DNA of 63,995 bases, the filler included, from Octopus bimaculoides (taxonomy: Eukaryota): assembly GCF_001194135.2 (NCBI RefSeq). It is 9 parts of 7 records of this genome, joined end to end, with 100 filler letters (N's around TTAATTAATTAA, not from the genome) between each part and the next. Parts side by side here need not be neighbours in the genome. Positions count along the whole stretch, not along the records: positions 45,049 to 59,249 come from NC_068996.1; positions 59,350 to 62,852 come from NC_068982.1; positions 62,953 to 63,995 come from NC_068984.1; 6 more parts are not named here. One strand, given 5' to 3'. The position numbers and the translations under genes are program-made. Numbering within the stretch: the first letter of the stretch is position 1; every line of letters starts with the position of its first letter. Shown piece by piece: positions 52,819 through 63,995 of this stretch. A model generated the notes under the pieces. That model was not told the origin of the DNA and searched no databases. It worked only from the letters and a program-made list of their open reading frames with translations.

Positions 52819-54109
52819 TCAGGGCTTACCTAGAGGCTAAACAAGAGCAATAACCTGTCATATTGGAAACAATGTGATTGTATGATGGCATTCTGAATCC
52901 AAATGCTGCCAATTTTGGCTTCGCCTTTCATTCGTTCAAGGTTGTTAAATAAGGGGCTGATGTAGATTGACTGGCCCTTTCCACAAAATCTCAGGTTTTG
53001 TGCCAATGCTAGAAAGAATTATTACTGAGTCAGACAAAATGCTTAACAACATTTCTTTCAGATTTATGTTCTGAGTTCAAAAGCTGCCAAGGCTTACCTG
53101 CCTGTTTTCCTTTTGGGGTTATTAAATAAGTACTTTTTGAGCAATGGGGTTGATGTAATTGAATAAACCCCTCCCACAAAATTTCAAGCTTTGTGCCCAT
53201 AGCAGAAAGAATATGACTGGCTGTTTGTCCCCCAACAAATATAAGGACCGGAGTTGTTTAAATTAGGGACTAAGTTAGTATGCAAAGACAGGATGCATGT
53301 CTCTTCTTTTTTCTCAGTCTGTCTGTTTGATATGAGAAACCACTTTTATTTCACAGTTGACTGGTTTGTATTAAGAAAGATACTGCTCAGCCTGAAACAA
53401 AAAAAAAATGTATCTTCCAAACAATATGCTTCATACAAATTAGCAAAATTTGGGTGACAGTAAAAATAAGAAGCAGTAACGGCCAGGCCAGTATGTGCAG
53501 GAGGGAAAATGTGTTTTGTGTGTGTGCACGTGGGTATATGAGTGTGGGAGAATAAAGGAGTTTGAGTGTATGTTCGTGTGAGTGCGTATTATAGATTCGT
53601 GCATTAATTTAGGCAGTGTTAAGTAGCTGACACACATCATAACAACAAATCATGAAATGATAATTAAATAAATATATTTAGTGTAAGTAAATTACCACTT
53701 TATGAAAACTTTTCATCATGTTTTATATGGGTCAAATGTCATGCTTAAACTGTCAACACACACATCAACATGAAAAAATATTGAATACTAAAATACTGCT
53801 GGCTGTTGTTACCACTGTTGCTGTTGTTGTTGTTGTTGTTACTTGGATCCAGGTCAGCCCAGATCAAGCAGTCGTATGATTAAGGACATTCCAGCAGTGG
53901 CCATCCAGTATATTTATGGGTAACTAAGACTACATCATTAAATGTTGAAAGTGGTGAATTAGCGAAAATCATTAGGGTACCTTGTGGTGTTTCTTCCAGC
54001 TGTTTTTACATTTTGAGTTCAAATCACACAGAAGCGAATTTTTACCCCTGCAGACTTCTAAAGGGCCACCTTAGGGTGGTGGATTGGTGATTAGAGCATT
54101 GGACAAACT

Positions 54110-54320
54110 CATCATCATCATCATTGCCATCATTATCATCATCATTTAGTGTCTGCTTTCCATGCTGGCATGGGTTAGATGGTTTGACTGGAACTGGTAA
54201 GCTGGAGAACTGTACCAGGTTCCAGTCTGATTTTGGCTTGATTTCTACGGCTGGAAGCTTTTCCTAATGCCAACCACTCCAAGAGAATAGTGGGTGCCTT
54301 TTGTGTGCTACTGGCACAGG
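54110..54320 (-). mobile_element. RTE-type 3' tail (family B)
   Basis: (CAT)n + ctttccatgctggcatggg. Confidence 0.78.
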
Positions 54321-54385
54321 CAATGACTACAATTTCATATGGTTTATATATACATGTATATATGTATGTATGAATATATACATTA

Positions 54386-54492
54386 GCTATGGCAGTACAT
54401 ATTCTGAAATTGGAATGATACAGAGAAGATTAGCTACGGCAATCCTGCACAAGGATGAAATGCAAATTCGTGAAGCATTCCATATTTTTTTT
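54386..54492 (+). pseudogene. U6: U6 snRNA pseudogene
   Basis: GGCAGTACATATTCTGAAATTGGAATGATACAGAGAAGATTAGC...CAAGGATGAAATGCAAATTCGTGAAGCATTCCATATTTTT is colinear with metazoan U6; ACAGAGA box intact; 5' ~6 nt absent. Confidence 0.95.
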
Positions 54493-54494
54493 AT

Positions 54495-54637
54495 AGGCAC
54501 AGTAGTAGCTGTGTGGTAAAAAGTTTGCCTCCCAACCACATGTTTTTGGATTCACTTCCACTTTGTAGCACCTTGGGAAAGCCTTGTGAGTGGATTTGGT
54601 TGATGGAAACTGAAAGAAATCCGTTGTACATATATAT
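54495..54637 (+). mobile_element. SINE family A head abutting U6
   Basis: aggcacagtagtagctgtgtggtaa...ggaaactgaaagaa; 3' part lost in gap. Confidence 0.85.
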
Positions 54638-55575
54638 ANNNNNNNNNNNNNNNNNNNNNNNNNNNNNNNNNNNNNNNNNNNNNNNNNNNNNNNNNNNNNN
54701 NNNNNNNNNNNNNNNNNNNNNNNNNNNNNNNNNNNNNNNNNNNNNNNNNNNNNNNNNNNNNNNNNNNNNNNNNNNNNNNNNNNNNNNNNNNNNNNNNNNN
54801 NNNNNNNNNNNNNNNNNNNNNNNNNNNNNNNNNNNNNNNNNNNNNNNNNNNNNNNNNNNNNNNNNNNNNNNNNNNNNNNNNNNNNNNNNNNNNNNNNNNN
54901 NNNNNNNNNNNNNNNNNNNNNNNNNNNNNNNNNNNNNNNNNNNNNNNNNNNNNNNNNNNNNNNNNNNNNNNNNNNNNNNNNNNNNNNNNNNNNNNNNNNN
55001 NNNNNNNNNNNNNNNNNNNNNNNNNNNNNNNNNNNNNNNNNNNNNNNNNNNNNNNNNNNNNNNNNNNNNNNNNNNNNNNNNNNNNNNNNNNNNNNNNNNN
55101 NNNNNNNNNNNNNNNNNNNNNNNNNNNNNNNNNNNNNNNNNNNNNNNNNNNNNNNNNNNNNNNNNNNNNNNNNNNNNNNNNNNNNNNNNNNNNNNNNNNN
55201 NNNNNNNNNNNNNNNNNNNNNNNNNNNNNNNNNNNNNNNNNNNNNNNNNNNNNNNNNNNNNNNNNNNNNNNNNNNNNNNNNNNNNNNNNNNNNNNNNNNN
55301 NNNNNNNNNNNNNNNNNNNNNNNNNNNNNNNNNNNNNNNNNNNNNNNNNNNNNNNNNNNNNNNNNNNNNNNNNNNNNNNNNNNNNNNNNNNNNNNNNNNN
55401 NNNNNNNNNNNNNNNNNNNNNNNNNNNNNNNNNNNNNNNNNNNNNNNNNNNNNNNNNNNNNNNNNNNNNNNNNNNNNNNNNNNNNNNNNNNNNNNNNNNN
55501 NNNNNNNNNNNNNNNNNNNNNNNNNNNNNNNNNNNNNNNNNNNNNNNNNNNNNNNNNNNNNNNNNNNNNNNNNNN

Positions 55576-56053
55576 CCCCATTTACACAGATTCTCACCAG
55601 TCACAGCATTCCCCACCCCCACTCCTTACTCATGACTCCTTTGTGGCACCCTGCCAGCACCTGCCACAATTCATCTCTCTCTTCCTTACTCTACCATCCC
55701 ATCCATGCCATGATCCCTGTTCCTTGCAAATTAACCCTGGCACTTACTGCCATTTTTCTCCTGCTCTTGTTGTCTGCTACTCTTTCTCCCTCTGTCTCTC
55801 TTTCCCTTGCTCTCCCCTCTGGCTGAGTAATCATGTATCCCCTCTACAGCAACAAACCTGTTTCTTCCCTCATTCTTGATCACTCTCTCTCTCTCCCTTC
55901 TTCTCTTGCTCTTACTTCTGGTTAGATAACCATGTATCTCTTTTACAGCAGCATACCTCTTTCTTATTAACTCCCCCCTCTCGGTAGGTAACCATGCCCC
56001 TCCTCTTCAGCAGCACACCTATTTCTACCTTCATTCTTGCTAACTCTTGCTCT

Positions 56054-56096
<43 letters not shown>

Positions 56097-56520
56097 CTCT
56101 CTTTGGCTGGATAACCTTGTACTTCCTCTACAGCAAAACACCTGTTTCTGCCTCTCTGTCACACTCTAACCATTCATCATCTGACACAAGATCCCTTCCT
56201 ACAATGTCCCCCTCCTCTCTCAAAGATTCCTTGTCTTGCAAGTTACTTGGAGACCCTGCTGGTGTTGGTGCCACATAAAAAGCATCCAGTCCAAACTGTA
56301 AAGTGGTTGGCATTTGGAAGGGCATCCAGCTGTAAAAACCATTCCAAAACTGACCTCACCTGTACTTGTGCCACATAAAAAGCACTCGGTCCACTCTGTG
56401 GAGTGGTTGGTGTTAGGAAGGGCATCCTGGTGCAGGCCTACCTGGCCAGCTACTGTTAAATTGTCCAACCCATGCCAGCATGGAAGGTGGATATTAAATT
56501 ATGATGATGGCAATGATGTT
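55576..56520 (+). mobile_element. Long CT-rich 3' UTR plus family B tail
   Basis: Ends ccatgccagcatggaaggtggatattaaattatgatg; the gccacataaaaagca...ggaagggcatcc block is internally duplicated. Confidence 0.65.
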
Positions 56521-56659
56521 GATGATCACATGCGCGCACATGCATAGTGCATGAGTGCGTGTGTGTGTGTGTGTGCATGTGTGTGTGTTTGTGTGTGTGT
56601 GTGTATGTGTGCGTGTGTGTGTGTGTGTTGTATATGTATTTATATGTATGTATTGGCCC

Positions 56660-57105
56660 TCAAAATGTAAACTTTATATTTTCCAAATTTAATAGATTCT
56701 ATTGTCAGAATTAAATTTTTTCCATGAATGCCTGTTTTGAAGTTGATAACCATTCTGTTGATAATATGAAGCAATGGAATTGCAAACATGAACAAATACT
56801 TCATTTATTCTTCGCGTGCGTTCTCAATTGTTGTCAGTTTTGTACCATAAACTTTATCTTTTTAGTCTTTCCGGGAATGAGACAATCTGTTTTTCACATC
56901 ATAAGAATTGTATAAATTTTTGTGAGAAATTGAAATAACTCTGTTCTGGAACAATATATTTCAAAGCACACTACATACAGTAATAAAGGATAACATGGAA
57001 ATATTAGGTTGAAAAACCCTTTTGGTCAGAAAAAGTTGAACTGCCCATGGGACTAGAACCCACATCTGTAGACATGAAAAATGTTGTACCATTGGACCAA
57101 AGCAT
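56660..57105 (-). repeat. AT-rich dispersed repeat, copy 2, with embedded tRNA-like Pol III unit
   Basis: A box TGGTCCAATGG, T-arm GTGGG-TTCTAGT-CCCAT and a T5 run on the minus strand (57031-57103). Confidence 0.65.
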
Positions 57106-57237
57106 GTTTACAGGAGATATGAGTTTAAGCCGCACAAGTAGCCTTTGGATTTTTCTATCCAAAGGGTTTTTTTTCGACCCAGTATTTACATGCTATTATT
57201 TATAGCTTTATGTGAGACTTAGGATCCATTATTATAC

Positions 57238-57395
57238 GAGTGGCTGTGTGGTAAGTAGCTTGCTTACCAACCACATAGTTCCGGGTTCAGTCCCACTGCG
57301 TGGCATCTTGGGCAAGTGTCTTCTACTATAGCCTCGGGCCGACCAAAACCTTGTGAGTGGATTTGGTAGACGGAAACTGAAAGAAGTCCATCATG

Positions 57396-57454
<59 letters not shown>

Positions 57455-57675
57455 TTGTGTGTCTGTGTTTGTCCCCCTAGCATTTAGCATTGCTTGACAA
57501 CTGATGCTGGTGTGTTTATGTCCTTGTCACTTAGCGGTTCGGCAAAAAGAGAGCGGTAGAATAAGTACTAGGCTTACAAAGAATAAGTCCCGGGGTCGAT
57601 TTACTCGACTAAAGGCGGTGCTCCAGCATGGCCGCAGTCAAATGACTGAAACAAGTAAAAGAGTAAAAGAGTAAA
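57238..57675 (+). mobile_element. SINE family A, full length
   Basis: Head, (TA)n(TG)n and tail ending (gagtaaaa)n. Confidence 0.92.
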
Positions 57676-58078
57676 GAATTATGTAAAAGTCTGCCAACAC
57701 ATATAGAAAATTATAAATTCAGTCAGTTTATGATAAAAGAAGCAGAGGAATCTGGATAACATTTAAAAGTGGGCTAATTTACATTCTCTCTTGGTTGATA
57801 GATCAGTGTAGCAGTGACAAGCTATACCAATCACTGTAAATGGTACATCTGATACGAAGTGTTCCATTTCAACATCAATAAAATGATACACAGAAATAAC
57901 TCACACAGAAAAGATGAATGTTACATATTTATGTGTGTGTGTGTGTGTGTATAGAAAGTGTATTATGTATTATCCGAAATGTACAGTATTATATGTCCAT
58001 CACAGTTGATCTTAATAGTCAGTTTCGTGCTAGGAATACAATGGTGAGTTAGGTAACAATCCGATTATATAACCTAAG

Positions 58079-58155
58079 GCTCATCAGAGTTACCCGACAT
58101 GGAAGGGAATATGGTAGTCACATATTCCCTTCCATATCGGCTAATTCTGATGAGC
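58079..58155. repeat. 77-nt foldback, 35-bp arms with 3 mismatches and a 7-nt loop
   Basis: gctcatcagagttacccgacatggaagggaatatg-gtagtca-catattcccttccatatcggctaattctgatgagc. Confidence 0.9.
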
Positions 58156-58302
58156 ATAATACTGCACATTTAGGATGATATACCTGCTCTATTGACAGAT
58201 ATGCAAGTGCATCTTTTCCCTAACTTATGGACTCTTAGATGACTCGCACATAGTGTACTATATATAGTGTACTATGTATAGTGTATTATATATATATATA
58301 TA

Positions 58303-58796
58303 TATAGGAATCTTGCAGGCATGAAGTGGATTCGATCCACTATACCCAAATTTGAATTAACACTGCGTCAGAACTTTTCCTGCGGTGGAACAACGGTTTT
58401 GATCTGACAGCAGTTAGATATGTCCCAGACGCCTTTGGCTAGGCCGAAGCGGTGTCTCCACCACTTGACCCTTTTCTGACCTCTTCTACTCCATCAAATC
58501 TAGAATAGAGATAACAAGACTGCCAGCTAAATCCTTTGTTCTCAGTATCCTTCTAGATAGCTATAAAAACAGGAGATCCGAAGCAAAGTTTCTTTTTAGT
58601 CACCAGTCAGTGACGACTCAACAGCTTAGTCACCAGTCGGTGACGACTGGACATCTAGAGCCATGGACACAAGCAGGCAGCCCCTAAAAGACAAACGGCC
58701 AGAGGGTGAAAGAAGTTTACTGTCAGCCACTGTGAGACAATGTCGCACACCTTATAACTATTATGAGCTCGCGTCCTTTTCTCTTTAACACTACCA
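58303..58796 (+). mobile_element. Putative solo LTR
   Basis: Colinear with 31876-32365; ends ...cactacca; internal ctataaaaac. Confidence 0.5.
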
Positions 58797-58899
58797 TCTC
58801 TCTCTATATATAAATACTACTATGAGAAAGTGTACATACCTATACAGGCCAAAAATTAACTTTCTTTTCCTTGCATGTTTTAAGAACTGTGTTATATGA

Positions 58900-59249
58900 T
58901 TACACTGGCCGGATCTTTTTTAAAACGGGGGCCACATTTTTCATTAATGTTTTACGTAGTGTTTTTGGTACCGAAAGACTTTCAAACTTCGTATACTTAT
59001 CTATTTTGTGTTATAGAATAGAAGAATATTTTTGTATTCGAATTTATTTCATGTAAAAAATTGTCTTATTTCGATAATTTCAACCAATCACTGACAAGTA
59101 TTCAGTTGTTTACATTTACTCCTTTGGCTGATTAAGCGATGTAAAGCGTATTTAATCTCCATACCTTTGTTTTATTTGCTTTTTTCATTTTAAATTTGCT
59201 TTAACCCTAACCCTAACCCTAACCCTAGGGTTAGGGTTAGGGTTAGGGT
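58900..59249. mobile_element. Interspersed repeat ending in (TAACCC)n/(GGGTTA)n
   Basis: Non-coding AT-rich body followed by a telomere-like palindrome at the gap edge; class uncertain. Confidence 0.45.
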
Positions 59250-59349
59250 NNNNNNNNNNNNNNNNNNNNNNNNNNNNNNNNNNNNNNNNNNNNTTAATTA
59301 ATTAANNNNNNNNNNNNNNNNNNNNNNNNNNNNNNNNNNNNNNNNNNNN

Positions 59350-59597
59350 CGTATATACGTATATATATATATGTATGTATGTATGTGTTTGTGTGTCTGT
59401 GTTTGTCCCCTCAACATCGCTTGACAACCGATGCTGGTGTGTTTATGTCCCCGTAACTTAGCGGTTCGGCAAAAGAGACCGATAGAATAAGTACTAGGCT
59501 TCTAAAGAATAAGTCCTGGGGTCGATTTGCTCGACTAAAGGCGGTGCTCCAGCATGGCCGCAGTCAAATGACTGAAACAAGTAAAAGAGTAAAAGAG
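59350..59597 (+). mobile_element. SINE family A, 3' half
   Basis: Tail near-identical to 49715-49925. Confidence 0.9.
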
Positions 59598-59653
59598 TAT
59601 ATATATATATTGGTAGATGGGTAGATAGATAGATACATACATACATATGTGTA

Positions 59654-59705
<52 letters not shown>

Positions 59706-59714
59706 CGTAAATAT

Positions 59715-59747
<33 letters not shown>

Positions 59748-59750
59748 CAT

Positions 59751-59781
<31 letters not shown>

Positions 59782-59966
59782 AATGGATAAACATACATAA
59801 TATACTTATGTACATGCATATTTATGCATATACACACGTTATACATACGTACATATTCATGTGTGTACATACATATATATGTATAAGTATGTATGTATAT
59901 ATGTATATATATATATACATATATATATATATTTATATATATATGTGTGTGTATATATTTATATAA

Positions 59967-59999
<33 letters not shown>

Positions 60000-60010
60000 N
60001 NNNNNNNNNG

Positions 60011-60986
60011 TACGCCCCAGAAAAAGTAATCGAGAAGGTTGAGATTTGGGCTATTACTGGGCCACTTGTTGGCCCTCACAAAAATGGCACCCTATCACCA
60101 AGGAAGGCTTGTGTTACTTTTGACCCATGGCATGGTTTAGAATCCTGGATAAGCACCACATTGTCAAGCCCAAACTTCTGTTCCATCCAAGGTGACAGTT
60201 CTTCAGGATGTCCAGATACTCCTTTGAGCCGATCTTCAAGCCAGACTCAATGAAGTGTTGACCCATGACACTTCCATCATTCGCCACGACTCCAAAGACC
60301 ATCACAGAGGCACCATTCTTAGTCTGCAACACAAGGGCGATGTCAGAGTTGTATGCAATCACTCGAGAATTTCTGTGATTCACCTCAGCGTCCACAGTAA
60401 CTTTCTCGTCCATAAACACGAGCGTTTTCCTGAACCTTGATGCTTGATGAATGACAGAAGCTTTGGACATCTCTCGGCTCTGATTGCTTCGGTCTTGGGT
60501 ATTAGGAGGTGACGGCGTCGTCGAACATAGCTAGTTGTGCCAAGGTCCCTGTTCACAGCTCTGGACACCATGGAGAGGGACACATTGCGTTTCTTTGCAA
60601 GAGTTGTCATGGGTGTAGATGGGCTGGCTTCAATCGAGCGTTTGAGGCCAGTGAAAAACTTTGGATTGCGCTTGGAATCACTTCAAGTCTTGTGTTCTTT
60701 TCTATCAATCTTTCCCTTTTCTTTAAATTGTTTATACATACGATAACCCGTTACTTTTGGAAGTTTCGTCAACTTAACAATTTTAATGGCAGTGTACCCG
60801 GCATGCGCCAAAACGACAATGGCAGAACGATTCTGTTGTTCCATGACTTTCTGTTGTCGAACCATTTCGCTATTTACCTGAAAAATAAAGAGAAGGATTA
60901 AATTTTATGTAAAAAAAAAATGATGAAATGTTAAAACCACTAAGTCAACTGCTTAGAATTGGCCTCAATTTATCTGCAACATCCTG
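60011..60986 (-). mobile_element. Tc1/mariner transposase, probably DD37D (maT/Bmmar-like), pseudogenised
   Basis: MVRQQ...HTH, VFMDEK, ASVMVFGVV, IQDSKPCH, WPSNSPNLNLLDYFFWG; 36-37 aa between the 2nd and 3rd Asp across a frameshift; 3' end in gap. Confidence 0.88.
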
Positions 60987-61510
60987 ATGTTCTGCAATGG
61001 GCCAATCTATTTGCTATTCATTCATGTTATCACCTGTTGTACTCCAAATATATTTAGATGAGGAAGAAAAGAGAGATTTTTCTGAGTTTCTGAATGTATA
61101 CATATGTTGCAGAAATCTATTTTCGAAATAATTACGTCAAGGTTTGTATGAAATTTTGATTCGCTGTAGACGCTGCATCACCATAAATGCTTAACAATAC
61201 ATATACCTGCAATTGTAATGAAAAAAAGATTTGCGTGTTCGTTCGGGAAGAATTTCTGTTCTTACTATGACTAGAAGCAGCAAATTAAGTAGCATAACTG
61301 TGGCTCAGTTCTATTTTAATTGAGTATAGCATTAGATCTAGGTTCAGTGAAGGAAAATAGCTGGACAACAATGGTTCATGTTACAAACGAGGTAGAGACA
61401 ATTAGTTTTATTGAATTCTTATGGCATAACCTGATATTACGACTCTTGTCTCCCCAGAGAAGACTTAGAAGGTGAGGAGACGACAGTCGTAACATATGGC
61501 TATAAGGTAA

Positions 61511-61603
<93 letters not shown>

Positions 61604-61674
61604 AGTAGAGAGTAATGTAAAAACAATACGAAGGATATATTATATATAATTAAGATTATTTATCAATAGATCGT

Positions 61675-61846
61675 AGGCGTAGGAGTGGCTGTGTGGTAAG
61701 TAGTTTGTTTACCAACCACATGGTTCTGGGTTCAGTACCACTGCGTGGCACCTTGGGCAAGTGTCCTCTACTATAGCCTCGGGTTGACCAAAGCCTTGTG
61801 AGTAGATTTGGTAGACGGAAACTGAAAGAAGCCCGTCGTATATATG

Positions 61847-61877
<31 letters not shown>
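61675..61877 (+). mobile_element. SINE family A, 5' half
   Basis: aggcgtaggagtggctgtgtggtaag through the internal microsatellite. Confidence 0.88.
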
Positions 61878-61879
<2 letters not shown>

Positions 61880-62040
61880 AATTCAAATTTACAGAAAACA
61901 AAAGACGAAAACAGGTGAAGGAACAACAAGCAAGTGTATTAGTTTGACGCTCGGGAAGAATGGAAGAGTGTTTGACGTTTTGAGCCTATGCTCTTCGACA
62001 GAAATGATTAAAAGGAAAATAAAACTGGAGAAAAGATGTT
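61878..62040 (-). mobile_element. Penelope-like 3' tail repeat
   Basis: Diverged inverted copy of 24410-24590. Confidence 0.55.
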
Positions 62041-62147
62041 TAAGGACTAACAGTACATGAACCGTTGTTGTATATATATATATATATATATATCCTGGAA
62101 ACTGTCCTTATGAGCGTATGGATCGGGAGGAAGGACCTTTGATTATT

Positions 62148-62180
<33 letters not shown>

Positions 62181-62434
62181 TAATACATATACACACTCAC
62201 ACATACACACTCACACATACACACTCACACATATACACAAAACATACACAGAAAACAATAATAGTCATTCAAAGACTCGAACAGAGCTCACTGCCTGGTG
62301 CGTGACTGTCGAAAAAAAATATGGTTAAGGCTAGGATATCACTGCACCGTTGTTCTGAACAATCCAAGGATCGCAATGGATTCAGAGCGTAGCAGAGAAA
62401 TAAGGGAGTATTTCTTAATTATGGGTTCTTTTAT

Positions 62435-62645
62435 CTTGTACCTTGTTTCAGTCGTTTGACTGTGGCCATGCTGGAGGAGGGCCTTTGAGTCGAAGAAATC
62501 GACCCCAGAGCTTATTCTTTGTAAGCCCGGCACTTATTCTATCGGTCTCTTTTGCCGAACCGCTAGGTTACGTGGATATAAATATACCAACATCGGTTGT
62601 AAAGTGATAGTGGTGGGAGACAAACACAAATACAAAGACACACAG
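62435..62645 (-). mobile_element. SINE family A, 3' half
   Basis: Reverse-complement tail tttcagtcgtttgactgtggccatgctgg... Confidence 0.8.
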
Positions 62646-63995
62646 CTAAATACACACATAGAAACATACATACATACGCATATACACACACACACAGACA
62701 CACAGACACACATACGCACATATATACATACACACACACACACGTATACATACACACACACACACATATACATGTAAACACACACACACGTACACATACA
62801 TATACACACACACAGACACAGACACACGCACATATATATATATATATATATANNNNNNNNNNNNNNNNNNNNNNNNNNNNNNNNNNNNNNNNNNNNTTAA
62901 TTAATTAANNNNNNNNNNNNNNNNNNNNNNNNNNNNNNNNNNNNNNNNNNNNCTAATCCCAATGTGCACCTTTTTAAAAATTTATTTACGTTGTTTAGAA
63001 AATAAAAATTATTTTGTTCACAAAATTTAATTAAAAGAAAATGTATGAAGTTAACAAAAACAGATAGTGTGTTATTTTTATTCCTTCTACCTATCTACGT
63101 TGTTTAGAAAAGAAAAAAGTAATTAAAAAAAAATTATTTACTTTGTTTAAAAGAAATTATTTACTAATTTGCATACGCGCGCACGCACACACGTATTCAT
63201 TTGCACACGCGCGCACTTTTCGTAGGATCGACCACTCACGACTAGCTTTAGTAGTACCAACAAGTAACTCTATGCAGGTTGTTTTCAGTTTATTTAAAGT
63301 AATTGGTGTAAAACGAGAGCAAGTCCTCTTGATAACCATTACAAGCGATCTTGGGGCATAATTTCACTTTATGCAAGGATTTTATCTCAGTTTACTAGGT
63401 TTCATTTTTGTAGGTATTTTCAGTTTTTTTAACATTACTGGTTGTCATATTTGTGTGTTTACTAACTGAAACAACTGACTGCATACTCATGGATTCTCCG
63501 TGGAATTTTATTCTTCTGTACAATTTTAAATGACAGGACCACCAAGACGTGCCCCAAAATTCAGGGTCAATATAAAGATCCTTACCCGTTAATAATAATA
63601 ATAATAATAAAAAAACTAGCTTGCTGTGTGTTAACAACTGTGTAGAAAACGAATACGAAAAAAAAAATTATGTTAATGTTTACATCTTGACCCGGAAATG
63701 AAAATCCTCCCAGAAAAATAATACTGGAATGGGTGTAAAACAATGTGTAGGAAACGAATATGAAAAAAAAAGAAGAAAGAAATGCGCGCAAACGAACCTG
63801 GGGGTGGGGAGAGAACTTCGGAAAATTCACAAGATCCGAGTTTTTCTCATAACTTTTAGAAAAATGGGGTTCTTTCAATGAAATTTTATAGAAATACCAT
63901 CCAGACGGCATACTTTACGATTATAAAGAAATTTGTGGGGAAAATCTTTACCAAGGAGAGGACTTCGGAAAATTCACAAAATCCGAGTTTTTCCA

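Noticed and set aside
59204-59249. Ancestral chromosome-fusion site
   Set aside because: Repeat polarity is the reverse of an end-to-end fusion

Overview
Eukaryotic, AT-rich, repeat-saturated window from a gappy short-read assembly. The repeat families and microsatellite load suggest a coleoid cephalopod (Octopus-like); this is inference, not database-confirmed. I cannot support any intact host protein-coding gene, and most ORF-track entries are microsatellites or N-gaps. The window is a transposon graveyard: two RTE-clade LINE RT fragments, two decayed pogo/Tigger transposases, a Merlin (IS1595/ISXO2-like) element with 63-bp TIRs and an 8-bp TSD nested in a hAT-like MITE, a DD37D-type Tc1/mariner, Penelope-like GIY-YIG and 3'-end remnants, Helitron-like ends, two putative solo LTRs and at least four modular SINE/tail families. 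The most notable observations are: a type I hammerhead-ribozyme fold at 26871-26934 (-); a U6 snRNA copy fused to a SINE head at 54386-54637; a 69-bp array encoding STPR-like 23-aa repeats near Helitron-like termini; a tRNA-Gly head joined almost directly to a SINE tail; a pre-miRNA-sized foldback; and an unidentified decayed coding segment at ~14547-15420. Family names A-D are my own labels, and boundaries of decayed repeats are approximate.
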